Shown here piece by piece: positions 10,225 to 18,413 of a DNA stretch of 64,000 nt. A program made the position numbers and the translations under genes. The notes under the pieces were generated by a model, which was not told where the DNA came from, searched no databases, and worked only from the letters and a program-made list of their open reading frames with translations. Numbering within the stretch: position 1 is the stretch's first letter; each line of letters starts with the position of its first letter. Source of the stretch: an uncultured Bdellovibrionales bacterium. GTDB lineage: Bacteria; Myxococcota; XYA12-FULL-58-9; JALHOP01. The DNA is taken from assembly GCA_964484195.1 (NCBI GenBank), contig CAZAER010000013.1, positions 54,361-118,360 on the forward strand, written 5' to 3'.

Positions 10225-11114
10225 GCGCGCCGCAGCCGTGGATCGAGCCAGCTCTGTGCGACGTCGGCAAGCAAGCTGCTCGCCAAGGCGACGATTGCGA
10301 CCACCGCAGTTGCGCCCATGATGACCGGCACGTCGCGGCGCAGAATGGCATCGAACGTCAGCATGCCCATGCCACGCACCGTGAAGATGCGCTCGACGAC
10401 GACGCTGCCTCCGAGCAGCCACGGCAATTCCGCGGCGAGCAAGGCACATGGTGCGGTGAGCGCGGCGCGTACCACGTAGCGCGTGAGCACGATGCGCTCC
10501 GGCAGGCCCTTGGCGCGTGCCAGCAGCACCGCCGGTTGGCTCGCAACCTCGCGCGTCGCGGCTTTCTGATAGCGCGCGATGCGTGCGAACCCGGGATAGG
10601 TGAGACACACGATCGGCAACACGAACGAACCGCGTACCGGGAACAGTGCCGACGCGGCGAGGCCGACCAGCAAGGCCCCCCAGAACACCGGCACGCCGTG
10701 GAGCACGAACAGTCCGCTATCGACGACGCGGGCAAGCCGGCGATTGCGTGTCAGCGCCAGGTACACCCCGAGAGGCACCGCCAGCGCATACGTGAGCAGC
10801 GCCGACAGTCCGGCAATGACGACGGTCGACCCCAGCGCCTCGGCGAGGAGCTCGCGCACCGGCCGGGTGTCGATGAACGAGCGCCCGAAATCGAGAGAGA
10901 GGCTCGCCCCGAGCCAGCGGCCATACTGAATCCACAGCGGCGCGTCTTGCCCGCGCAGCTCGCGCCAAGCCGCGATCGTCGCTTCGTCGGCGACACCGCT
11001 TTGCACGTCTCCGAGATACGGCGAGCCCGGCGCCACCCGTGACAACGCGAAGGTGAGCAAGGTGATCACGAGGAACGCGATCACGAGATCGGCGCATCGC
11101 GTAACGAACCTCAC
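10221..11114 (-). CDS. Peptide ABC transporter permease (OppB/DppB)
   Basis: QYGRWL..LDFGRSF, ARAKGLPER, GGSVVVERIF; GTG start inferred. Confidence 0.9.
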   Translation of the reverse strand: MRFVTRCADLVIAFLVITLLTFALSRVAPGSPYLGDVQSGVADEATIAAWRELRGQDAPLWIQYGRWLGASLSLDFGRSFIDTRPVRELLAEALGSTVVIAGLSALLTYALAVPLGVYLALTRNRRLARVVDSGLFVLHGVPVFWGALLVGLAASALFPVRGSFVLPIVCLTYPGFARIARYQKAATREVASQPAVLLARAKGLPERIVLTRYVVRAALTAPCALLAAELPWLLGGSVVVERIFTVRGMGMLTFDAILRRDVPVIMGATAVVAIVALASSLLADVAQSWLDPRLRRA

Positions 11115-12805
11115 CGCGCCGCTCCAATGGCGTAGAAGTCGTCGTAGCGAAACAGCCCGTACGGCGTCGAATACACCCCGCCAAAACGTTTGGAGACCAT
11201 CGACAAGTTGTAGCGGTTGAAGAGCAGGGTGATGGGCTCTTGCTCGTGCAGCAGCTCGCTGAAGCGTTGATAAATCACGGCGCGCTTCTCGCGGTCGAAC
11301 TCGCGGCGCGCGTCCTCGAGCATCGTGTCCGCTGCAGCGTTCGAGAAGCCCACCCAGTTCGAGCCCTTCTCGATGCTCGTCGAATGCCAGATGGGAAATG
11401 GATCGCCCTTGGGCTCGAGCTTCCACACCAGCGAGCAGGCGTCGAAGTCGCGGCGGCGCAGGCGCTCGGTGTAGACCGACCATTCGAGCTTGGCCGTGGT
11501 CACTGCGATCTTGGCAGCCGCCATCTCGGGCACGATCACCGCCGCGAGCTGTTCGTAGAGTGGATTGTTCGTCGGGTAGAGGAAGGTGAAAGCGAGCTCG
11601 ACGCCGTCTTTGTCGAGCGTCCCGTTGCCGTTGCTGTCACGCCACCCCGCTCCGGCGAGCAGCTTCTTCGCGCCGTCGGGATCATAGGGCCACGGGGTGA
11701 CGCGCGGATTGTGCTCGGGCGAGCCCGGCAGGAACCACGACGCAGCCGGAAGGTCGAGGCCCAAGCGCAAGTTCCGCACGATGTCCTCGCGGTCGATGAG
11801 CATGGTGAGCGCACGCCGCACCCGGGGGTCGGTGAACATCGGTTTGGCTTCGTTCCAGCCGATCCACTGAATGCCGTCGGGAACGTGGCGCAGGCGGTAG
11901 AATTTGTCCGCTAAAGCGATGTCCGCGGTAAGCGACTTCCATTGTTCGGGGGCAAGGCGCTCGACGACGTCGACTTCTCCGTTGCGGATCATTTGCGCCC
12001 GCATCTCCGCGTCCGGGGCGTAGATGAACTGCAGGGTGTCGAGGTGGGCCGGCGTGCCGTAGTAGCTCTTGTTCTTGACGAGCGTCAGATGGTCGCCGGT
12101 CTGCCACTCGACGAAGCGGTAGCGCCCGGTGCCGATGGGAGCGCGGTTGGCTGGATGACTGTTGAAGTCGCCCGTCGCAAACACGTGCTTCGGATAGATG
12201 TAGATGTCGGTGATTGCCTCGAGCGCGAACCAATACGGCTGCGAGGTGGTGAACACGACCGTGTGAGGATCTTCGGCGACCACGCTGACGATGGGCTCGA
12301 CGTAACCGCGCATGCCGGTCGCCGCGACCTTCGGGTCACGCAGCTTTTCGAACGTGAAGACGACGTCGTCGGCGGTGAAAGGCTTTCCGTCGTGCCACTT
12401 CACGCCGTGCCGCAGACGGAAGCGAAAGGTGCGGCGGTCGTCGGAGACCTCCCAAGACTCGGCGAGGCGCGGCTCGGGACGCCAGTTACGCGGGTCTGCC
12501 TGAGCGAGTGATTCGTAGATGTAATAGGCGAGGTCGCGGCCGCGCGCGTCGATGGGATCGAGCTGCGGGTTCAAGTGCGGTGGCTCCGACGCCATGCCGA
12601 TACGAAGCTTGCCGCCCTCGACGCGGGTGCCCTGCTGGTCGATCATCGGCAGCGTATCGCCCGTGTAGACGACCGGCGCCGGCGGACGTGGCCGGGCTTC
12701 GGCGTTGTCAGGCGCTCTTTCGCGTGAGCAAGCGGTGCTGACCGCTAAAGCGAACGCCAAGCACCACTTGTCAGCCGGTGAGCCCGTGCACGATCTCCGA
12801 TTCAA
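11111..12805 (-). CDS. Peptide ABC transporter substrate-binding lipoprotein (family 5)
   Basis: LAESWEVS..FRLRHGVKWHDGKPFTADDVVFT, PIGTG, lipobox STAC; exact start uncertain. Confidence 0.92.
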   Translation of the reverse strand: MNRRSCTGSPADKWCLAFALAVSTACSRERAPDNAEARPRPPAPVVYTGDTLPMIDQQGTRVEGGKLRIGMASEPPHLNPQLDPIDARGRDLAYYIYESLAQADPRNWRPEPRLAESWEVSDDRRTFRFRLRHGVKWHDGKPFTADDVVFTFEKLRDPKVAATGMRGYVEPIVSVVAEDPHTVVFTTSQPYWFALEAITDIYIYPKHVFATGDFNSHPANRAPIGTGRYRFVEWQTGDHLTLVKNKSYYGTPAHLDTLQFIYAPDAEMRAQMIRNGEVDVVERLAPEQWKSLTADIALADKFYRLRHVPDGIQWIGWNEAKPMFTDPRVRRALTMLIDREDIVRNLRLGLDLPAASWFLPGSPEHNPRVTPWPYDPDGAKKLLAGAGWRDSNGNGTLDKDGVELAFTFLYPTNNPLYEQLAAVIVPEMAAAKIAVTTAKLEWSVYTERLRRRDFDACSLVWKLEPKGDPFPIWHSTSIEKGSNWVGFSNAAADTMLEDARREFDREKRAVIYQRFSELLHEQEPITLLFNRYNLSMVSKRFGGVYSTPYGLFRYDDFYAIGAAR

Positions 12806-14246
12806 TCGCCTGCGGAATGATGGCTCCGCTCTCGGGGTCGATGCAAACGTACATACGTCGCATGACGCCCGACATCGCCGAGTGGGCGTTGTAATCGGTG
12901 ATCCAGAAACACATCAGTTGATCGTTGCGCTGCTCGTCGTACGACATCCGCGGCACCTCTTCGTGCCAATCGCGCTTCTGCTGCGACTCTTCCTCTTGCT
13001 GTTGCTGGTCGTCGCCTCCCTGGCGCTGCTGCTGTTGTTGGCGCTCTCGCTCGCGCTCACGTTCGTAGACACGTGACTGCGCCTCTTGTTGCCGGCGGTG
13101 GGCGGCGAGCTCGGTCCAGAAGAGGTTCTCGAGATACCAGGCTTGCACCAGCTCCTGGGCGTCACCGCGGCCGAGCTGGCGTCCAATCTGCTCGCGGTCC
13201 GCGAGCATGATGTCGCTCGCGCGTCGTGCGGCGCTACGCGCCCAGTGCAGGAGATCGCGTTTGACGACCGGGCGGCTACCTTTCGAGGTCTTACCGAAGC
13301 CGCCGAGTGACTCGCGCAGCTTCTTGTAGAGCGCCGTCAGCTCTTCGTGGGAGAGGGCGCGCATCGCCGCCATGGTACCGAGCATCGCGACGCCGGCGTC
13401 TTTCAAGCCGAGCAGGAACTCGGGTCGCATCCCTAGCTCGCCGTTGCGTCCGGGCCCGATCTTCAAGAGCTCGGCGCGCATGAGCAAAGTGAGGAGCTCG
13501 CCGCGGCCCATGCCGAGCGCTTCCGCTAAAGCGGCCCGGTCTCCCGGCAGGGCTCCGGCGCGCACGAGCTGCAGCGGGTCACTGATGCCGAGGCGCCCGA
13601 ACACGTCGGCGAGCTCGTCGCCGAAGGTCGCCTTCATCAGAGCCATGCGTTGCGCTGGCGACAGATCGCTCGGCGCGCGCTCGACGAGGTGCGGCAGCCG
13701 CAGACTCGCGCCATCGAGCGTCGACAGACGTTGGCCGAGGATCTCGAGGAGGCTCGTGCCTTCGCCCTTCGGTGAGGCTACGCCAGCGCGGTCACGGACC
13801 AGCGCCTGCGGGATATGCGTGACCTTCTGAACGAACTGCGTCCACTGCAGGGCTTGGTGTGGGGTCGATTGATCGGTCGCGGCCTGGCGGGCGGCTTCTG
13901 GGGAGGGGGCCTGACCGAAGCGGTTCTGCGGGTTCGGATCGTTGGCGTTCGCGAAGCGCTGCATGAGCTTCGCAAGGACCGCGTCGTTGGCCGAGCCGGT
14001 TTGGAGCTGGTGCGCCAGCTGCTCGGGAAGTTGGCCCCGGAGCTGCTCGACCAACATCCGACCCATGGCTTCTTTGGCCGGGTCTGAAAGCTCGGCGACG
14101 TTGACCCGGACCAGCTCCACGGCGGCTGTCCGGTCTTTGCGGATTTGGGTGAGCAGCGCATAGGCCGCGTCGTCCGACCGCTGACGGGCCCGGTTCGACT
14201 CGTCGACGTGGGACAAATCCACTTTATTTTCGCGGATTTCGACCAT
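12771..14246 (-). CDS. DUF4332-like HhH domain protein with Q/E-rich segment
   Basis: LGISDPLQLVRAGALPGDRAALAEALGM..AELLKI..LKDAGV resembles the DUF4332 pattern. Confidence 0.55.
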   Translation of the reverse strand: MVEIRENKVDLSHVDESNRARQRSDDAAYALLTQIRKDRTAAVELVRVNVAELSDPAKEAMGRMLVEQLRGQLPEQLAHQLQTGSANDAVLAKLMQRFANANDPNPQNRFGQAPSPEAARQAATDQSTPHQALQWTQFVQKVTHIPQALVRDRAGVASPKGEGTSLLEILGQRLSTLDGASLRLPHLVERAPSDLSPAQRMALMKATFGDELADVFGRLGISDPLQLVRAGALPGDRAALAEALGMGRGELLTLLMRAELLKIGPGRNGELGMRPEFLLGLKDAGVAMLGTMAAMRALSHEELTALYKKLRESLGGFGKTSKGSRPVVKRDLLHWARSAARRASDIMLADREQIGRQLGRGDAQELVQAWYLENLFWTELAAHRRQQEAQSRVYERERERERQQQQQRQGGDDQQQQEEESQQKRDWHEEVPRMSYDEQRNDQLMCFWITDYNAHSAMSGVMRRMYVCIDPESGAIIPQAIESEIVHGLTG

Positions 14247-14287
14247 GGACCGTCCAGTGCCCCCGGGACACGGGGCCACATGGCGGC

Positions 14288-14293
14288 ATTATA
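14288..14293 (-). promoter_or_regulatory. Consensus -10 element TATAAT upstream of the DUF4332-like gene
   Basis: Perfect TATAAT in the divergent intergenic region; no convincing -35. Confidence 0.4.
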
Positions 14294-14365
14294 CCTACGC
14301 GGAAGGCGCGCGTCCCGGCTTGTGAATTTGCCTCTTACGGGACCGGCGTGGTAGCGCGCTTGACC

Positions 14366-15118
14366 ATGAACGCCCTGTACCTTGCCCAGCTCTTGCTTGC
14401 GCAGACGCCACCGGCTCCGGCCGTCGCGCCGCCCAGCTACGGCTTCATCGAATCGATGATGACCGCCGGCCTTCCCGAGAAGGCCGTCATGCTCCTGCTC
14501 ATCATCTTCTCGGTGGTGAGCTGGGCCATCATTTACTTCAAATGGCGCACCATCCGCCGGGCCTACGGCGACAGCGAATCGTTCCTCGATATGTTTTGGA
14601 GCAGCAAGCGCCTCGACGCCATCTACCAGAAGAGCGATGCGCTACCGGCCTCCCCGGTGTCGCAGGTGTTTCGCGCCGGCTACGTCGAGCTCGCGAAGCT
14701 CAAGAAGAAGGAAGACCCGGCTCCCGTGACCGGCCACGGCGGTGAGACCGCCATGGGTGACCTCGAAAGCGTCGAGCGCTCGATGCGCCGTACTGCCGCC
14801 GCCGAGCTCACTGGCCTGGAATCGATGATCCCGTTCCTCGCCACGGTTGCTTCGTCGTCGCCGTTCATCGGCCTTCTCGGCACCGTCGTCGGAATCATGA
14901 CCTCGTTCCAAGACATTGGACGTATGGGTAATGCCAATCTCGCGACCGTCGCGCCGGGTATCGGCGGAGCTCTGGTGGCCACGGCCTTCGGACTCTTCGC
15001 GGCTATTCCTGCCGTCATCGCGTACAACTTTTTCATCGCGAAGATCCGCGTCCTCGACACCGAGATGCAAAATTTCTCGGCTGACTTTCTCAACATCATC
15101 AAGCGTCACTTCTTTTAG
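14366..15118 (+). CDS. tolQ: TolQ (MotA/TolQ/ExbB family)
   Basis: FLATVASSSPFIGLLGTVVGIM, VAPGI..ALVATAFGLFAAIPAV. Confidence 0.93.
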   Translation: MNALYLAQLLLAQTPPAPAVAPPSYGFIESMMTAGLPEKAVMLLLIIFSVVSWAIIYFKWRTIRRAYGDSESFLDMFWSSKRLDAIYQKSDALPASPVSQVFRAGYVELAKLKKKEDPAPVTGHGGETAMGDLESVERSMRRTAAAELTGLESMIPFLATVASSSPFIGLLGTVVGIMTSFQDIGRMGNANLATVAPGIGGALVATAFGLFAAIPAVIAYNFFIAKIRVLDTEMQNFSADFLNIIKRHFF

Positions 15119-15127
15119 GACTCCGAC

Positions 15128-15547
15128 ATGGCGATGTCAGTCGGCGGCTCGGGCCGCGCACTAGCCGAGATCAACGTGACGCCGATGGTCGACGTCATGC
15201 TCGTCTTGCTCATCATCTTCATGGTGACGGCGCCGCTCATTCAGCAGGGCGTGCCCGTCGACTTGCCGCAGACCAAGGCACCGACCCTCGACGTCCAAGA
15301 AGATCGCCTGGTGCTCACGGTGACCAAGGACCGTCACATCTTCATCGGCGAGACCGAGATCCCGTACGCGCAGCTGCGCGAAAAGCTCATCGGCAACACC
15401 AAGCTCGCCCGTGACAAGCAGCTCTACCTGCACGCCGATCGCAACTTACCTTACGGCGTGGTGGTCGATCTCATGGCCATCATCAAAGACGCAGGCGTCA
15501 CCAATCTCGGGATGGTGACCGATCCCGTGCAACCAAAGACCAAGTAG
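15128..15547 (+). CDS. tolR: TolR (ExbD/TolR family)
   Basis: EINVTPMVDVMLVLLIIFMVTAP. Confidence 0.93.
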   Translation: MAMSVGGSGRALAEINVTPMVDVMLVLLIIFMVTAPLIQQGVPVDLPQTKAPTLDVQEDRLVLTVTKDRHIFIGETEIPYAQLREKLIGNTKLARDKQLYLHADRNLPYGVVVDLMAIIKDAGVTNLGMVTDPVQPKTK

Positions 15548-15556
15548 AGGCGTGGC

Positions 15557-16288
15557 GTGGGGAAACAGCTCGGCCAACTAGACGGCGCGCGACGCCGCAA
15601 GTCGACGACGCTGGGTCGAGCCATCACCATGTCCATCATAGCGCACGTTGGCGTGGTCATCGTCGCGCTCATCACCATCAAGTCGGCGCATAGCCGCAAG
15701 CCGGCGCAGAACGTCATCGTCACCGAGCTGGTGCGCCTCGGTAAGGAACGCCCGAAAGATCTCTTGCCGCGAAAGGACGAGCCGCCGCCACCGCCCGAGA
15801 AGGCCGATCCGCCGCCGCAGACGGCGCCGACCGACCCGCCACCGCAGGCGAAGCCGACCCCGCCCAAAGACGCGACGCCGTCCGCGAAAGATCGTCTGTC
15901 GCAGATGAGCAAGGTGCAGAACGCCCTCGACCGCCTGAAGAATCAGGACGAGCCCGAGGGGCGCGAGGACGGCTCGCAGTACGGCACGACCAACAAGGCG
16001 CTCGCCGGCAACAAGCTCGCGAGCGAGGTCTACGCCTGCATGAAGGCGCACTGGGACTTGCTCGGCATGTCCCCCGCTCAGGCCGCGGGCAAGTCGGCAA
16101 AGATCGCCATCAGCGTGCAGAAGGACGGGCGGCTCTCCGATCTCGAGATCACCAAATCGAGTGGCGACGCGCGCTTCGACTCCGCCGTGAAGAACGCGGC
16201 GCAGAAGTGCGGCAGGGTTTCTCCCCCCGAGGCCGAGATCGCCGAACAAGCACGTAAGGATGGATTCGAGGTCACGTTCACTCCATAG
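15557..16288 (+). CDS. tolA: TolA/TonB family protein
   Basis: TM with SxxxH, Pro-rich linker, TonB_C-like SSGDARFDSAV. Confidence 0.82.
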   Translation: MGKQLGQLDGARRRKSTTLGRAITMSIIAHVGVVIVALITIKSAHSRKPAQNVIVTELVRLGKERPKDLLPRKDEPPPPPEKADPPPQTAPTDPPPQAKPTPPKDATPSAKDRLSQMSKVQNALDRLKNQDEPEGREDGSQYGTTNKALAGNKLASEVYACMKAHWDLLGMSPAQAAGKSAKIAISVQKDGRLSDLEITKSSGDARFDSAVKNAAQKCGRVSPPEAEIAEQARKDGFEVTFTP

Positions 16289-16299
16289 TGCGAGCCGTC

Positions 16300-17622
16300 A
16301 TGATGATTTCATTCCGCAAGCTCTCGTTGGTCGCTGCTCTGCTCCTCGTCGCCACGCCTGCTCTCGCGCAGCGCATGCAGATCACTGTCGGTGGTGCGAA
16401 CTTCCGCCCGTATCCGGTCGCCGCGCCCGACATCGTTCCCGCTGGTGGTGACGCCGGCAAAGTCGCCAAGGAGCTCTCGGCGATCCTGCAAATCGACGTC
16501 GACCTCGCGCGTTCGCTCGAGCTCGTGCCGCCGAACACGTACCTCGCTCCCGACAAGGAAGCGGTGACCAAGCCGAACTTCCAGAACTGGACCAACGTCG
16601 GCGCCTCGGGACTCATTCGCGGCTCGGTCGCGGTCACCGGCAAGAACGCGAAGATCAATCTGCGCTTCTACGACGTCGTGGCGCAGCGCGAAGTGCTCTC
16701 GCGTGACTACGACGAAGCCGCCGACCGCGGCTCGCGCGCCATCCACAAGTTCCTCGACGAGGTCATCGAGACGCTCACCGGCGAGAAGGGCATCTTCTCG
16801 TCGCACCTCGCGTACGTGCGTAAGACCCGCGGCGGCAAAGCCGTGTTCATCGCCGACATGGATGGCGGGGCCGAGCGCCGCATCACCTCCGAAGGCGTCC
16901 TGTCGCTGTTGCCGGCGTGGCTCCCGGGTGGCGCGGGCATCGTCTACACCTCGTACGCCGACGGCAACCCCGACCTTTGGCGTATCGGTCTCGACGGTCA
17001 GAACGCCAAGAACCTGTCGAACCAGCGCGGCCTGAACACCGGCGCGCAGGTATCGCCCGATGGCAAGCGCATCGCGCTCACGCTCTCGGTCGACGGCAAC
17101 ACCGAGATCTACGTGATGGACGTCGGCGGCGGTAACGTGCGCCGCCTCACCGACTCGTGGGGCCAAGACGTCTCGCCCACCTGGAGCCCCGACGGCTCGC
17201 GCATCGCCTTCGTCTCGTCGCGCGCTGGTAACCCGCACATCTACGTGATGAACGCCGACGGCTCGAACGCGCGCCGCCTCACCTTCCAAGGCAACTACAA
17301 CCAAGAGCCCGACTGGTCGCCACGTGCCGGCGGTCAGATCGCTTTCACCGCGCGTGACGAGCGCATGAAATACGACATCTTCGTGGTCGACCCGGACACC
17401 GGCGTCATCACCCGTCTCACGCAAGACGAGGGCAACAACGAGTCGCCGACGCACTCGCCCGACGGTCACCACATCGCCTTCGTGTCGACCCGCGCCGGCG
17501 CCGGCGGCCGCCGCCTCTACATCATGGACGTCGACGGCAACAATCAGCGCCTCATCGCGCGCGTGCAGGGCGACGTCGAGACCCCGTCGTGGGGCCCGCG
17601 CCTCGGCTACGGTAAAGACTAA
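16300..17622 (+). CDS. tolB: TolB beta-propeller protein
   Basis: TolB N-domain plus PD40 repeats (SPDGKRIA, PTWSPDGSRIAFVS). Confidence 0.93.
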   Translation: MMISFRKLSLVAALLLVATPALAQRMQITVGGANFRPYPVAAPDIVPAGGDAGKVAKELSAILQIDVDLARSLELVPPNTYLAPDKEAVTKPNFQNWTNVGASGLIRGSVAVTGKNAKINLRFYDVVAQREVLSRDYDEAADRGSRAIHKFLDEVIETLTGEKGIFSSHLAYVRKTRGGKAVFIADMDGGAERRITSEGVLSLLPAWLPGGAGIVYTSYADGNPDLWRIGLDGQNAKNLSNQRGLNTGAQVSPDGKRIALTLSVDGNTEIYVMDVGGGNVRRLTDSWGQDVSPTWSPDGSRIAFVSSRAGNPHIYVMNADGSNARRLTFQGNYNQEPDWSPRAGGQIAFTARDERMKYDIFVVDPDTGVITRLTQDEGNNESPTHSPDGHHIAFVSTRAGAGGRRLYIMDVDGNNQRLIARVQGDVETPSWGPRLGYGKD

Positions 17623-17744
17623 GCCGCTGTAATTAAAGGCTTTATTGGGTCTGCTGCGGCGGGTGCCGCGGCAGCGCTACCGCAAGGCGCAACTGCGCGG
17701 TCGTTTTGCCGATGAACTCGGAGAACGACGTTTGTGGGGCGTGT

Positions 17745-18401
17745 ATGCAGAATGTTCAGTTTCCACCGATGACCCTGTCGACTAAGCTGGTCGGCAACAC
17801 CCGTGAGCAGCTCTGGGCGCTCGATGCCATGGACGTCTCCCGCTACGTCGTCGCCATGACCGGCGGCGCGCCGGCACAGCGCGCGACCCTCGTAAACGGC
17901 ATGATGGGTCAGCTGCGTGCGAACCCCTCGTGGAGCTTCATTCCTCTCGAGGCCATCCACGAACGCTACGTCGGTAAGTCCGCTCCAGCGGATCGATCGT
18001 TCGCCAGCGTGCTGGGAATGCTCTTCGACATCGGTGGCGGCAAGCACCTGCACAAGTCTCCCGACGGGCGTGTGCGCGAGATCAAGCCGACCGGTGTGCG
18101 CCAGCACTTCATGAACCGCGAAGCGTTCGTCGCCGCGCTGGAGAAGAGCCCTGCGAAGATCCACGCGAGCTTGATGGCTCTCTCACTCGTCGTTCCCGAG
18201 ACTGCCGTCATCGTGGTCGATGTCGACAAGAGCCCAGCGCGTGGCGTTCGCCGTGGCCCGGGTGACCCGCTCTCCGACTTGATGACCATGCTGGTTCACA
18301 ACCCCACCGACGTACGCTTCGTCCTCGTCGGCAAGGAAGCGCACAAGCTCCTGCCTCCGAGCGCGCCCACCGGCCACATCCAGGAGCTCCGGCTGACCTG
18401 A
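17745..18401 (+). CDS. Hypothetical protein, possible degenerate P-loop/AAA-like fold
   Basis: Strong codon bias; remnant motifs described in findings; start uncertain (17706/17745/17769). Confidence 0.6.
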   Translation: MQNVQFPPMTLSTKLVGNTREQLWALDAMDVSRYVVAMTGGAPAQRATLVNGMMGQLRANPSWSFIPLEAIHERYVGKSAPADRSFASVLGMLFDIGGGKHLHKSPDGRVREIKPTGVRQHFMNREAFVAALEKSPAKIHASLMALSLVVPETAVIVVDVDKSPARGVRRGPGDPLSDLMTMLVHNPTDVRFVLVGKEAHKLLPPSAPTGHIQELRLT

Positions 18402-18413
18402 GAGCGCCGTCCG

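Noticed and set aside
14366-17622. Gliding motor (AglRQS) assignment or novelty of the missing pal gene
   Set aside because: Order and TolB presence fit an ordinary Tol system; pal can be encoded elsewhere
17751-17760. AATGTTCAG as a LexA box
   Set aside because: Half-site only, without a matching partner
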